A stretch of DNA of 64,000 bases from Octopus bimaculoides (Eukaryota): assembly GCF_001194135.2 (NCBI RefSeq), contig NC_068982.1, forward strand, positions 161,976,383-162,040,382, given 5' to 3'. The notes beneath the pieces are model-generated. The model was not told the DNA's origin. It did no database searches and saw only the letters and a list, made by a program, of their open reading frames with translations. The translations under genes were made by a program, and so were the position numbers. Positions 12,285-26,360 of this stretch are shown one piece after another. Position 1 is the first letter of the stretch. Each line of letters begins with the position of its first letter.

Positions 12285-14459
12285 AAGAAAGACATAGAGT
12301 GAAAGACAGATAGACAGAACAATCTCATTGAAATGTAGCAATATGAGAAAGGGTACCAGTTTTAGCTGATTTTTCAAGTTAAAGATGGTAAAGGATAGTA
12401 TGTGTGTGTATGTATGTGTGTGAGAGAGAGAGAGATATTTGAAATATACACTCTGTGTGCTAAACATGATACAGTCACAAATTTTCAGAAAATACTGTTA
12501 AGTCATATAACTATGTAAAATATATGTAACGTTATAGTATGTAAACATATATATAAAAAAAAAACTACCATTAAGTGTTAATTTTAGTTATCTGTTTTGA
12601 GTTTGATGCAGTGATGGCTACTGTGCTGCTGATCTGAGTGAATAGTGCTATGATGCTGCACTGTTCTTTGCATCCCGCTTGTAGACAGTAAAGCTGACTG
12701 AGGAGGGAGTGAGTCAAAAGCAGGTGGGTTGTCACTGCTGTTAGTTGGCTGAACATCTGCAGCTGGGTTGGGACATAGTGACTTGATGAATGAGATGAAT
12801 TTCATTTGTATACCTTACTGAGGTTGCTTCCAGTTAGTTAATAAGTTCACTGAAGGCTCTAAGATGGTGATGCTATTGGTGGTCAAATCAATGTACAAAA
12901 TTACTTATTGTAGGGATTCTCATATAACAAAGTGTTTGGGTGTCTCATCTTCATTATCCTTATTATCTCTTCTAATGTCACCTCTAAACACTTCATCTGC
13001 TCTTTCTTCATTTAAGCTTGATATCCAGGGTCACCCTTTGTGTTTTCTAGCCTGGTTCTAAGATTGTTTTCTTTGATGTCTGTTTCACTTGTCGTCTATA
13101 TTGTGCAGAACTAAACACCCACCCATCCACCCAATGTTGGCAAAAGTTGTGCTTTTCATGGAACTGTTAAATTCAATATCACAGACATAAGATTGTAATT
13201 CTTGAAGTAACTGATAGTTTTTTGTGCTCATGTGCCTTCCCTAATATCGTAATCTATCTGGATGATAACTTCGTCCATATATTCATCATCATTATCATCA
13301 TTGTTTTATATCTACTTTCTCTATTGGCATGGGTTTAATAAGTTGTCTTCAGTCCATTCTTATTTGGTGTTTTTGCTCCCCTTGAAGTGTCTGTTGACCA
13401 CATCTTGCTCATACATCAACATGATTTCTACAGTTGGATGTTCTTCTTTATACTAACCATTTTACAGAATGTACTGGATGCATTTTATCATGGCACCAGC
13501 ACTAGAGAAGTTGCAGGCTACAATTACACTTTTGAGTTATTGGCTGGGTCATGGTGATAATGTTCTATGAAAGAACATAGACCTTATTTTACCTTCATTA
13601 TTGGCAAGTTGGTCACTACCTGTGCAAGTAGGTGTGTTGTCCTAAATTAGTGACACCATCACTTCCACAGCAGACAATTAGAGGACATCTTTCAGGTATT
13701 TATGCACTGCAAGAATGGAGAAGTGAGGGGAATCAGTTATTAAAGATTTCTTGGAATGGTAGCAATAGACTGGTAGCTGGCACATTATGGTTTTCAAAAC
13801 TTGCAGATGTACTGACCTTCTCATCTCTGCTCACTTTAAATGGTGCATACTGTCTGTGTCCACTCAATGCAACACCAAAACATATATCTTAATTTAAGAC
13901 TAGATGCAGAGATTTCAGTATTCAAAGTTGTATTATTCCAAGCTAGTGACCATCAATACAATGCAGTTTCATCTGTGTTATACAATTAAGAAATAAAGTC
14001 ATCTAACTCTTTCTGAAAAGTTTCACTTCCTCTTTTGGTACTTCACTGGCAATTTTTAAATATCCACAACCACCTGTCACTATATCCAATGCTTACACAC
14101 CTAGCTAACTTGACAGCAACACATTGAGTTTCTATACTGACAGATGTAATTGTAGAAATTCAATGAGATCATTGATGATAAACCACTTTGTTGTTTGCAT
14201 CCTCAAGATTTGTATCTTTTGTAATTCTTATATATTTTCTTGCATCAATAGATAATGATTTAAAATTTGTAGTAATATTATATTCTAAAAGAAAATGCAG
14301 CTTGTCCTTAGCTTTGTGCTTGAGCTTAAGCACAACTGCTTTTTAACACTATGCTCTTCACAAACTCTTACATCTAAACTACTAGCCTCTAACTTCTCAA
14401 CTTCTTCTGATCCAAAAGCTAAAACATTAAAACACCAGACTAGGTCCTCAACTGTAATT

Positions 14460-14773
14460 AGGAGCGTGATCGTTACCATCATCGCCTTACTAGCACTTGT
14501 GCCGGTGGCACATGAAAAAACATTCGAGCGAGGTCGTTGCCAGTGCCGCTGGACTGGCTCCTGTGCAGGTGGCACGTAAATACACCATTTTGAGCGTGGC
14601 CGTTGCCATTACTGCCTGACTAGCCCTCGTGCCGGTGGCATGTAAAAGCACCCACTACACTCTCAGAGTGGTTGGCCTTAGGAAGGGCATCCAGCTGTAG
14701 AAACTCTGCCAAATCGTCCAACCCATGCTAGCATGGAAGGCGGACGTTAAACGATGATGATGATGATGATGAT
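14460..14773 (+). mobile_element. Young RTE 3'-UTR-related element with about 65-bp subrepeats and (GAT)n tail
   Basis: CpG-rich; three gtgc(c/a)ggtggca units; shared tail ccatgctagcatgg...gttaaacgatgatg. Confidence 0.85.
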
Positions 14774-15164
14774 TTGTCTTTTACTTCAGGAGATAGTGGG
14801 GGATGGCAGTAGTATAATACTTGTAAAAAAAATTGATCTGAATTCATGTGATCTCATCTCAAAAATTGGGCCTTCATTACCTTCAGTAAACAGTTGCTTA
14901 GCTTTTAGTCAGCCCTTGATCAAACAGATCTTGCGATCAAATGCACCCTTTTCCTTGGCAGAGTATACACATGGGTCATCTTATTCAATGTGTACTCTTC
15001 TTTTTTAAGACAGTACAGTGTGATTTGAGAAAGATTTGATTACCATTTTTACCAGTATTAACAATCTTATTAGGGATCACTCAGTGGTTCATTTTAATAA
15101 ACAGTTTTCGCTGCATGCATTGAAGATAGCTTCTCAGATTCTTTAAGGTGTACTCATGCACCTC

Positions 15165-15207
<43 letters not shown>

Positions 15208-15574
15208 CACACAAATATATATGTGATATTTCATGCTGTTCTTGCTTTTCTTTGTACCAGATTTCTGTGCCTTTCTTTCCATTCAACAGTTTCTAATAGC
15301 AACCTATTTATTTTCAAAGTAGTAACAAACTGCCATGAAAATAATTCCAATGTAATGGTGGTGGTCCTCTCCATTTCTCTGTAGATATTTACCAAGACAG
15401 GCCAAACAGTTGGAATTATTGTCTTTACTCAACGAAGGTATTTTTTGCATTAGTCAGTCTTTAAGGAACACAAAATTGGTGAAATTACTATTCTAGACAG
15501 ATAGAAGATGTGAACTACAGACTTAAAATAACTTTACCCCCTAATTAGTGGGTTGGCTTGCTGATGAAATTAAT

Positions 15575-15578
<4 letters not shown>

Positions 15579-15627
<49 letters not shown>

Positions 15628-15660
15628 TGTGTTTTTGTGTATGTGTATGTGTGTGTGTGT
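15579..15660. repeat. (GT)n microsatellite
   Basis: Direct reading. Confidence 0.95.
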
Positions 15661-16959
15661 AGTCATGCTAGGAGGAAAATGCTTAAAGAGAAACCTGGAA
15701 TACTAGGTGTGTGTAGTATGAGTATCTATGTATAAACACTGATAACTATACTGGCATGCATATACATAAGTATTATTATCATGATGTATGTGCCTGTGTA
15801 ATATTTATACATAGACATGAATGTACATCCTTAATTTAAATGGCCAGTGATGATACAAGCTAATGTGTGCAGAGGAGAAGTTAGTTGAAAGCAGCAGATA
15901 TGCTTGTAAGAATAGGTATGTTATGATTGGTCTAGGAAACTGTGTATACAAGTTGACGGTGGAGAACATAGTGACCTGGCATTTGTACTGGCTGGTCCCT
16001 GAAAACAAATAGCAGAGAAGAATAAGCACTGGGTATGGGGATACTGATCTAAACTTAGAGAAGTTTGTAAGTGTAAGTGGAAATTAAAATGTATCAGTTG
16101 TTGATGACTGCATGAAAAGGAAGATATTATTGTCTGAATGGAACAGGGAAAGTAAATTTCAAAGATAAATGGGTTGAGATTTGGTGTGGAATGTGATGAA
16201 GTAAAACTTAACATCTAAAAGCTTTAACTGAGGGAAGGAAATGATTAAGGAGACAGGTGGGGGGAACTGGGGGTGGAATTTGGTTTATTATCCTATCACT
16301 ACTGTTGCTGCTGCTGATGATGATAATTGTGGTGTTGTGGATACAAATATAAAGTATCTTTATCAGTGAAACCAACCATGATAGTTACAGTATAGTCATT
16401 TCATCTTAGTTTACATAAGAATTAGGCTTTTAGTTGAACAAAAAAGAAAAGTCTCAAATTTTGTTTTCTTAGCTATCATTGGTTGAATAATTCTGCAAAT
16501 TTAGACATCTTCTGTAGCTGTTGCTTCATTTATTATTGGTTTCCATTTTTGTTCAGCACTCAAACATGATGATTGATTGAGCAGCATGATATTATTTAGG
16601 TTTTTGTGTCTTTCAACATTGTCTGTGGGTACTTTTACTAAATTGCTTTGCCTCCTCTCCTCTTCCACCTCATCCTCCTTACATCATAATTATCATTGGT
16701 TAATATTCATATTTCCATATATTTCCACTTTGTAATATTTCATTTGTATAATTAATTTCTCTCTATTCATTCTCAGACTCTCTCCAATCACCCTCACTCA
16801 TCTTTCTATCTGTATGTAACTTACTCTCCAACTGTCTCAGTCTATGTCCCAGTTCACTGTTACAATCTTCTTGCTATCATATGTGCTCTACACATTCTCA
16901 TATTGTCTTCTTTACATCTGCTAATGTCTCTGGTCACCCTTACACTGTTTTCCCTCTAA

Positions 16960-17016
16960 TAATTATTATTATCTTCATTAACCCAGTAATTATTATTATC
17001 TTCATTAACCCAGTAA
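16960..17016. repeat. Perfect 27-bp tandem duplication
   Basis: taattattattatcttcattaacccag x2. Confidence 0.95.
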
Positions 17017-17058
17017 AAAAAGTAATAAATCATTGATACTGATTAATATATGTCTTTT

Positions 17059-17390
17059 GTAGTAGTAGTTTCTAGCAGACACAGGGCCTGAAAATTTGTG
17101 GGAGGGCTACTGTTTATATTGGCCCAAATATTTGACTAGTGCTTCCTTTTATCAACCTCAGAAAGATGAAAAGTAAAGCTGACTGCAACAGGATTTGAAG
17201 CTAGAACATATAGAACCAGAACAAATACTGCAAGATATTTTGCCACTGCTCTAATGATCCTGCCAATCTGTTGCCCTTGGTAGTAATAGTAGTAGTAGTA
17301 ATCCTTTCTATTATAAGAACAAGCCCTGAAATTTCGGGGAGTGGAGCTAGTCGATTACATCAACCCCAGTACTTTTTTCTGGTACTTAAA
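17059..17390 (-). mobile_element. Two head-to-tail tRNA-derived SINE copies (second truncated)
   Basis: Reverse complement of the 37958-38452 family, with (TAC)n-type tails. Confidence 0.65.
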
Positions 17391-17399
17391 TAATAATAA

Positions 17400-18480
17400 T
17401 AACAATTATAATACATTTCTTTATTGGTCACAACGGCTCAGAAAAAAATATTTGTAACAATACATAGACGAAGGACTGTGGAGATATACATATACATAAG
17501 TAAAACAATGCAAGAAAATTGTTAGCAAAATTCCCTGATGGAGGAAGTATCACCCAGGGGGAACCAAGGAATCCCACTAATGCTGGATCATCCTGACCAC
17601 CAAGGGCACAACAGGGATACACAACTCTTGTATCCATTCTCTCCAACTACAGGAGCAAGCTCAGAGCTGGTCCACTCACTCAAGCCATCTTTGTACCATA
17701 AGAGTGGCAGATGAGGAAACATTAGAAGGTCAGATTACATAAATGGTAGGTGCTTTCACAGAATTGACTACAGATTTGGGAAAAGCCATAGGAAACAAAT
17801 GTATAGAAATGAAATGAAACCTTCCAAGAAGTTACAACCACCTGGAGACAATTGAGGAACCCCATTACATATCCAGGATTATCTGATTGAGGAAAATACC
17901 CTCTTTTAGCTATGTTTTCTAGCTTACAGTTGCATGCTGCAAGTTGGTCCATTCATGCAGATGGTTCTTCTCACCTATCTTTCAGCAAATTCACTGAAGG
18001 ATAGTATTGTCCTCAGCACCCCCACTTTTCTCCTTGTGGAAGTTAATGATGGCTTGGCTAAAGAGGAAACTGTTTTCAGTCTTTTCAATCTGGTCCACTA
18101 TATTCATCATGGCCACCAGTCTAGAATATACCTACCCTTCCCAGCAGAGTGAGCCAGATTTGTCCTTCGTATAGCATCATGACACAATTTCACATGCTAG
18201 CAGTACTTAGACTCTGATTGAGTATGTTTTTGAGATATAATTCAATTTTCCAAAGAGTAAGCCTTCAAAAAGCATCTCAATCAACTGCATCGCTAACTGT
18301 GTTTCCATAGAAACTAACATTTCAATATTGATATATCTCCCTACCAGTGTAATTGCTAATCATCAGTACAACAGAACTTTGTTTCTGATATCTACTTTAC
18401 ATTTAAAATATTAGACACTATAAACTTTGGGGAAAAAAATCAACTTACCCACTTCAGTAACCAACAACCATCACCATCAT
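17400..18480 (-). mobile_element. Decayed non-LTR retrotransposon fragment (NeSL/R2-like, tentative)
   Basis: Minus-strand remnants (VDQIEKTENSFL, HKEKSGG.GL) resemble the post-RT region; many stops; clade uncertain. Confidence 0.4.
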
Positions 18481-20930
18481 TAATGGAGGTTTCAGTTTTT
18501 AGCAGCTACCATTGTGCATTCAAATCTTTCTGCCCATCTTACCCATTCTCCAGTATAAATTTGTTGCTCTTTTCTTTCTGAAATTGGTGTTTATAATATC
18601 TAATACCATTCTACATTGAAAATCTCAGCAGTGAATTCATTCCTAACATTATATTTGTTCTGTCTTATCTCTATTGAACTGATAAATTTATCAATTTTAT
18701 CATCATTTTCAAATATTGATTCTAACTGTTTCTGTCTTTATATGTCTGTGTAGAATATAAAGAGTCACTGTTACCAAGCAGTATTACTTGCTGGTTATTT
18801 GGTTAATGATATATATTTATTTGATACAATCTGCTGTATTATATCATAAATACTTCTCTCCAAACATGTCATGAAGTCTGCTTTCATTCACAAATACATG
18901 ATTTTTAATGTGGTAAATTAAATGGTAAATACTTCTAGTTACCTTATTTCTGTTTATCAACTTTCAACATCTTGTTCGCTTCTGTATCTTAATGTCTCGA
19001 CCTTGAACTTTTTTTAAAACTCATCCTGTTTGTTAACCGTCAGCTGCTTGTTCCTTTTGTGTGTCACGACAGGAGTATTGCGTGGTGTACGATGCTATCT
19101 CTCAGTCACCAGTCTGGCTACGTCTATTACACAGAGACATTACTGAGAGATGTATGCTGGCAGCCCTTATTCACCATTCTAGATACTCCTATTGTATTGA
19201 GACAAGAGTGTCACTGTGTTTTGTTCATTCAATATATTTACAGAATACTCCTAAAGCCTAGTGATTCTCTTTTAGTACTCACACCAGTTGTGTACTCTAA
19301 GTGTGAGGTTTCGCAGTGGACCTGCAAACAATGTCAGAATGCTGTCATTAAGCTTATATAATATTTGTGCTACTCTCATAAGTTTGTGGAAACTATTTTT
19401 CACTGTCACATGCACACACCACCATTTTTTAGTTTATAGAGTGTATTATATAATACTAGATGTTGTTTCAGTACCTGCTGTACTCTACAAGCACTGCAAA
19501 TCCTCTTGTATTTCCCATTCTGCGATCTGATAAGAAGTGTACATTTTCCTACCTGTAAGACCATGTTTTATATAGTAAACTAGCTGTTAGGGCCTAGTGT
19601 TGTCTGGGTTCATAATTGAAAGACATTAATCCAATAATTATAAAACGTTTTTCTTGTTTCTTTCGAATAGCTGGCAAAAGAACCAGTTTGTGAAATTTTA
19701 GCCAATTTTCCCTTAAATCACATCCTATTGTCTAAAATAAAGATAGATATACTAAATGGCATCACTGATATTCAAAAAGATGGGTTGGCTGCCGCTAGAG
19801 CACATTTTGATCATGGATCTGATTGATCAGGGCTGACCTGTGCTAGATAGACAACACCAGCAACAATGAAGCAAAATACTAAAACTCTGATTGTAATGTT
19901 TCTCTGTAGGCAATATTTTCACTGCATTGTATATTGAAATAATTTCTCCATGATGGAAAACGTATTAGAATGAGGAAAAGTTACAATCAATAGAAATTTA
20001 TACTTCACACTGATTTTAAACATGTGATAAGGACAGTATTAGTAAAAATAAGCAAAACTATATAGACAGTTTGTTTATAAAAGAAACAAACTTTTAAGAT
20101 ATTAAATCTCTAAAAATAACTGACATGTGATATTAAAAACAAGAAAATGAAGTATGCTATAATAGTCATAGATTAAAAAGTGTAATATTTTCACCACATA
20201 ATTCAGTTGATGTCTCACTTCAGAATATTTCAGCCAATTCCTGTTCCCAAAAATCTTGCCATAGTGTAGAATTCCATAATGCAAAACTTGTTTTCCCAAT
20301 GATTTCCATGTTATAAAGTGGGATGCATTCCAAGGGAATTTTTTGAAAATAAATAAATAGATAAAAAAGCAAGTAATCCAACCACTTGTATGCACAGAAA
20401 TAATTCTTTAAACACAGTAGAGTATGTATACATAAAAAATTTGGAAGAGAGAACTGCATTAGGGAATAAATAAGAATGCAATAGTAAAGTGTATATTCAC
20501 TGCAAAGTATGTTGACTGCTGTTTGTTGAGAGGTGGTGCAATGGGAGTTACTGGGAGGAAAAGAGATACTATCTTCTGCTTTATAGATCAGCATTATAAG
20601 TATCTGCTTCAGAGATGAAGAAATGTCCTAAATTGTTTGATGATTTGATGATAACAGAGTGTAGGAACTGAGCTCATGATTTTAGTTGCATTCACAATAA
20701 GGATGATTATTAGCAAGCGTTTCCAAACTTTCCTCTGTAAGTGCTATATTTTGGCAGACAACTGAAGGGGAGTATGCAAATTGCAAACTTTAACATTTTG
20801 CAATATGACTGAGTTGTTCTCCCACATAAAACGTTTGTAAAACATCAAGTTTAATGTCCAATATAATTCATTTGTGACTCCTTTTGGCACCTCTGCTTTC
20901 ATTCTATTTGATGGCCTCTTTTCAGTCATC

Positions 20931-21389
20931 TTAAATAAAGGTAATGCTCTGTAAAACTAATGGTGGGAGAGACAAACAAGATATCTTCATCAAATTGTAA
21001 AACAGTAGAATCTGTGAAAAGTAGTCATCTTCTGTATCAGCAAAAAATAGTGGTCTTCTAACTTTGGATGCAAGAATAGGAATGAGAAAATGAAAGGAGT
21101 GGGGAAATAACATCAAAAAGTGGGAACTGTATGATGCAGGTGAAAGTACTGTATAGTTAAAGTTAGAAACAAAACCTAGGCTGAAGACTTTGAGAGCAAT
21201 GGAAAGCAAAATCAGATGAACTGGTACAAAGAATATGGGAGAAGGAGGCAGATAGTTGTTAGGTAGAATGTTGAAAGTAATGAAGAATAAGGTGTGGAAG
21301 AAAAGAATGACATGGTTATGTATTGGCAAGAAGATTAAGAGCTTTGAAAAATATGTAAATAAATACTTGTAGGAAAGAAAAAAAATCAT
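20931..21389 (-). mobile_element. Decayed I/Nimb-like LINE endonuclease fragment (tentative)
   Basis: SPASYSSHFLMLFPHS...EDDYFSQI resembles the PATGSYSSLDLS...GSDHFPI region of the APE domain. Confidence 0.35.
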
Positions 21390-24300
21390 AATTGGTAGGT
21401 TGTAAGCAACAGAGGTATGAATAGAATAGGGACAAAAAAACGAAACAAGAAGATCAACATGATTTCTATGTAAAAAAAAAAAAAGAAATAGTATGCGTAT
21501 GCATGGATCATGATTTTAGATTTTAAAGTTGTTAAAATTTACTTTAGTTTTCATAAGGGTAGAATAATAGGGGTTGGACTTTATCTTCTTTTTATTATGG
21601 ATGTCTTAGCTGTCACTTGTAGTTCATTAACAAAAAATGATCATACCCATTATTGAATCATGGAAACATGAGCCAATGGCAATGCTTTGCACACATCAAC
21701 TTCGATTTTCTGCTTGCCTTCCTGGTTCAATTTGCTACTCCATTAGCTATCATACTGCAGTGTTCTGTGTATGCTTTGTGTGGACAGTCATGAGTAGTGT
21801 TAGGAGTGATATATATTATTTAACAGTTCTTAATGTGTGATGCACGGATGCTGTGACTTGCTTACTCTTTACAGGTGTATATCCACCTCATGCAGTTCCA
21901 ACTGATCCTTACATTTCCTCTGAGGTTTACAATGTATTTGAGAAACAAGCACAAATTTTGAGTTCCTATATATATATATATATATATATACATACATACC
22001 TAGAGCTGATATGACTTATATGCTGCAGTTCTTTTAATTCCAGGGAAAAGAAACAAAGTAATTGAGAATAACATTATTCTTGGGATTGAATTACAATTGG
22101 AAATAATTTTAGTACTAGATGTTCAACCAATGAGTAATGAAAAGTAGACTTATATCTGTATATAAACACGCACATTCACTTGTTTACACACAGGCACGCA
22201 CGCACGCACACACACACACACACACACGTTATTTTAGTTGAGGTATATAAACAGTATTGCTCTTAAGTTGAGAATATAAATCATAGTTAAATGATAAACA
22301 ACAGCTTTATAAAACATTAGTTAACACTCCTTCCAACACCACCATCACCAGTTACCTCTGTCTGTAGACTAACAGTAGTGTTTCTATAGAACCAAGTGGT
22401 GTTAGTTAAACTAGTATTGTGACTCAACTTGGCTGGCTGTAATGTTAAAGAAACACATACAGTATCAAGTTATGGATACATAAATTCTGAGAATTGTATT
22501 TAGACCCTTCCTATATATCTCAGACTAGTGAATTATCTCCGCAGTTAAGTATTTGAATAATGTTCCTTGTTGGTGGTAATTTGATTTATCTTTTCACACT
22601 TTACACTTTCTGGTTCTTCATCAACATTGCCTTTTCCTCTCCTCTTTCTCACTTCATTCATTAGGCCGCCTGACCATTTATGCATACTGTAATAGTAGAC
22701 AGAAATACAAGTAGTTTATTGAGTGTATGTTTATGCACACATAAATACTATGGGAAGGATCAAGTAGATTGTCTGTTGTAGAGTATATTTTATTCAAAAT
22801 TTTCATTTAGATGTTTGTCGAAACTGGTCAACACTAGAATCTGTAATTTTGGTCTTGATTTATCCCCCCTCCCCCTAGTTATTAGCTAGAAACTCATTTT
22901 GTTTGTCATAACCACCATCATCATGATGATAATGGCTATTTATTTTTGCTGATATATCTGCCATACAGCCATCTGTTTTGGTCTTTTCTCATTCTGAAAT
23001 CTGATCTCACCATTTCTTCCTATATTTTTCACTTTCTTGGGTAACCTCCCTTCTCACTACATGTCACTTTTTCACAGAACATCTATCATTTATTATACCC
23101 CTCACATGTCCAGTCTAGAACAGCTATCTGTTCTATATACATTAGCTGGTATCTTTTAAACATACTTCTCATGCAAGTTAACATTACATATCCAGCATAC
23201 ATAACTACTTTCTCTCCAGTATTCACCTATCTTCCATATTCAATATCCAATACTAACACTACCATGCAACACCATATTCCTTACAGGTACTTCATACAAC
23301 CTGTCTTCCACATAAGCATAGAAATTAAGACATTTTTCTAAAAAGTGTCCACTTCTTTTTTTTTTATTACTCCTGTTACTATTACACTGCCGCCATTACT
23401 AATTAGACCACCTAAATAACATACACATGTGCAAATAAGTGAATGAAGGAGCTTTTATATATTCTTCAACCTGCTAGAAATAGCTACTAAATTTCTTTCC
23501 AGTTACACTGTGCTGTCTTTAATAAAGAAAGGAGTTATTAATTAATGTAGTTCTGTATACCCTTAAAAAGATGGAATGTTCAAGACTGGAACAGTTTTGA
23601 CCATATGTTTGCTTAACCAGGGTTGTCCTAACCACCAATAACAAACAAACACACATCTGTATTGTGTTATATATCAGTCTAACAGAGATGAAGATAGTGT
23701 TAATATGGAATGGGATATGCAGAGTAATGTAGATGTGTGAATGGGAACAAATTTCTCTTGAAGATGCTGTAGTTAATATTAAAAAAAAAAAACATATCCA
23801 ACATGGAATCCAGAGTGCGAGGTGTTCAAATAGTTGCTATCATAAACTGGCAACTTAGATAAAATGGTTTCCTATGATGTGCACAAGTTTACGATTTATT
23901 ACTATGATACTATGAACAGAAAGAAGATCCCTGGCTTCTCAACTATCTCACTCTTCCAATCTTTGTAACAGAACTGTTATGCATGAGTGAAAAAATGTAT
24001 GAAGTAAAGAAATGTAAGAATATTTCAGAGAATTTATAGCAAGATAATATTATATGTTAATGGAACTTGTTTAGTTGTCCAATCATAAATCAGTTTTGTT
24101 ATAAATATCAAAAACAAAATAGTAGTTTGTGTAGATTTTATTATCTTTATTGAAATCATAAACTGAATCAAATGTCTCATAAACAGAAGTTTTCCTGCTC
24201 CTCTTATACCCACCCAACCTCGATGGTGTGGCCTTCTTTGAAGAAACTGATGTGTCTTATTGAATATTCTTTGAAAAGTCAGTAATTGAATTTTATTACT

Positions 24301-26129
24301 ATACAATGCTTGCATATTAATGTCTGGTCACCAAGAGCTAGTTTCTTGAGTTTATTCTTTATGTCTATATCTTAACCTTAATAGTATTGATTGTTCAAAT
24401 TGGTACACAGACACAAGTTGATATGGGAGTAAAAGATGGGATTTGGTTTGGAAATGTAGAGGGATTTGTTTTGGCATTTTAGCATTTCTGCTACCTCATT
24501 AATGTTTTTAGTTTGCAAGCTTTTCAATGATGTTTCTAACAATAGTGTAACTTGGTGTGAGACAACATGCCCTTCCTTCTCTGGATACACAGCTAATCTA
24601 CTGGTAGTCAACGTTTCTAGCAGTTAGGTAGGCTGAGATAGATTGTATGTAGTGTCTCATTGCTTGAGAGGAGAAGGTTTAGAATATAGTAGAGAACAGG
24701 GAGGCCTAAGAAAGTAACCGGGTTTTTGTAGGTATTGTGGAGAAATTAGATTCTATGTAAGTACAAACACCAGTTTAAAAAAAAAAAAAAATTGGAGTGT
24801 AGTAGGAGTTTGTGATAGAAAGCATGAGATTTGTGTCAGAATAACTAACATATTGGAAGATGATTGTGTAATGTGTAGGGTAATGGTTGAACTGAAATCA
24901 AGAAATATTGGAATAAAGAATCATGAACTGTCAACCCCTGAATTGGTAATGCTATGCCATTCTTGACCATTTCATAACTTGGATATAAGAAAAACTGCAG
25001 GCTTATGATTTATATGAGGTTGCTTAGTGTCCCTAGACATTTAGTCCTAGGCAACTCTTAACTGCCTGACTGAACAGACCCTATGATCAAAGGAGTTCCA
25101 ACTCTAATCATTCTACCTTTTTAAGTCATTTAAGGACAATATTATCCAATGTTTTCTTTTTAAAATTATAGGATATGATTTGAGTGAGATTTCACTGTTT
25201 TTTCTAATAGAATAAATGAAGCTACATTGTTGATTTATTAAACTTCTCATATTTCTGGTCTGTATTAGCAATGTAACTGGAGTGAAATCAGGATTGAGGA
25301 AAGAATTTCATATTTGGTTTTACTTCTCTTCTGTAGAAAGTTATAAAGATCTTGGAATATCAAAGTTGCTGATATCTTAGGATACTGAGTATGAAATCTC
25401 TCTTTCAACATTTTCTATTTCAATTATAATATCATTAGGTTGGTTGCCTTATACTGATAGAGTTAACAACTGTGATTTATCTGACAACAATTTTCTCTTT
25501 ATATCTTTGCTAATAGCAACATTATGGGATTCTGTATCATGTGGCATTAATTATGTGTGACATCTTGTCATTAGCTACAATTTAGTAACTTTTCAAGAAC
25601 TTTAAAAATAATCTACTTTTGGAACTTTAACTTTGTCAGTAACTTCCATTTTTATGGCTCTATTGAAATGCAAATAATTCTTCTTCCCCACTCTCTTTCT
25701 CCCCCATTCTCTCCCTCCCTCTCTCTCACTCTCATACCTTTCAACTTCTCAAAAAATTGAGTAAAGTGAGAAAATGTTTTATGTTATGGTTTAGTCAGAG
25801 GAAGGATAAGATAACTGACTTTGCTGGGAGGAAGCTATTATCTGACCTTTGAAACTATGAGTAAAACAGTAACAAAACTTTCATTTGTGGTACTTGAGGG
25901 TTTCACAAACGCCAAAATAAATGTTCCACTGTTCCTTTTAAACAGTAGGATGACTCCAGAGCCAAATGTTTGTTGAGGTGAAATGCATAGTCAGTTAGGT
26001 ATTGCAGAAAGGGTCATAGGCTATGGTTGATAAAACAGTATTACTGTCAAAAGAGATGCACTAGAGAGAAGCAATTGGAAAGGCTTTGCATTGTTGGACT
26101 AGGTTAGGAAAGTTATGGATAGGTATATA

Positions 26130-26335
26130 GTATAGTTGATGAGGAACAGAAGTAGCTCAGATGAAGTGTACTTTGGCTTTGTACCAGGAAGAAGTACCAC
26201 AAATGCCACTTTCCTAGTGAGACAACTGTAGAATTACTTTTTTTTACAAGTAAGCCCTTATACCTAGCATTTGTCGACCTGGTGAGGGCCTTTGATAGGG
26301 TTCTACACTCTGTAACTTGATGGTTGCTGTTGACC
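26130..26335 (+). mobile_element. RTE LINE reverse-transcriptase fragment
   Basis: DEVYFGFVPGRSTTNATFLVRQL*...LYLAFVDLVRAFDRV. Confidence 0.8.
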
Positions 26336-26360
26336 AATGTCTTGTGAGTGAATTTAGTGA

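Noticed and set aside
12570-13110. Possible I/Nimb LINE ORF1 remnant on the minus strand
   Set aside because: Only a weak PKHFVI.ESL resemblance; too degenerate to call
25337-25388. Good acceptor with a gtatga donor (possible exon)
   Set aside because: Stops in all frames and no Trio similarity
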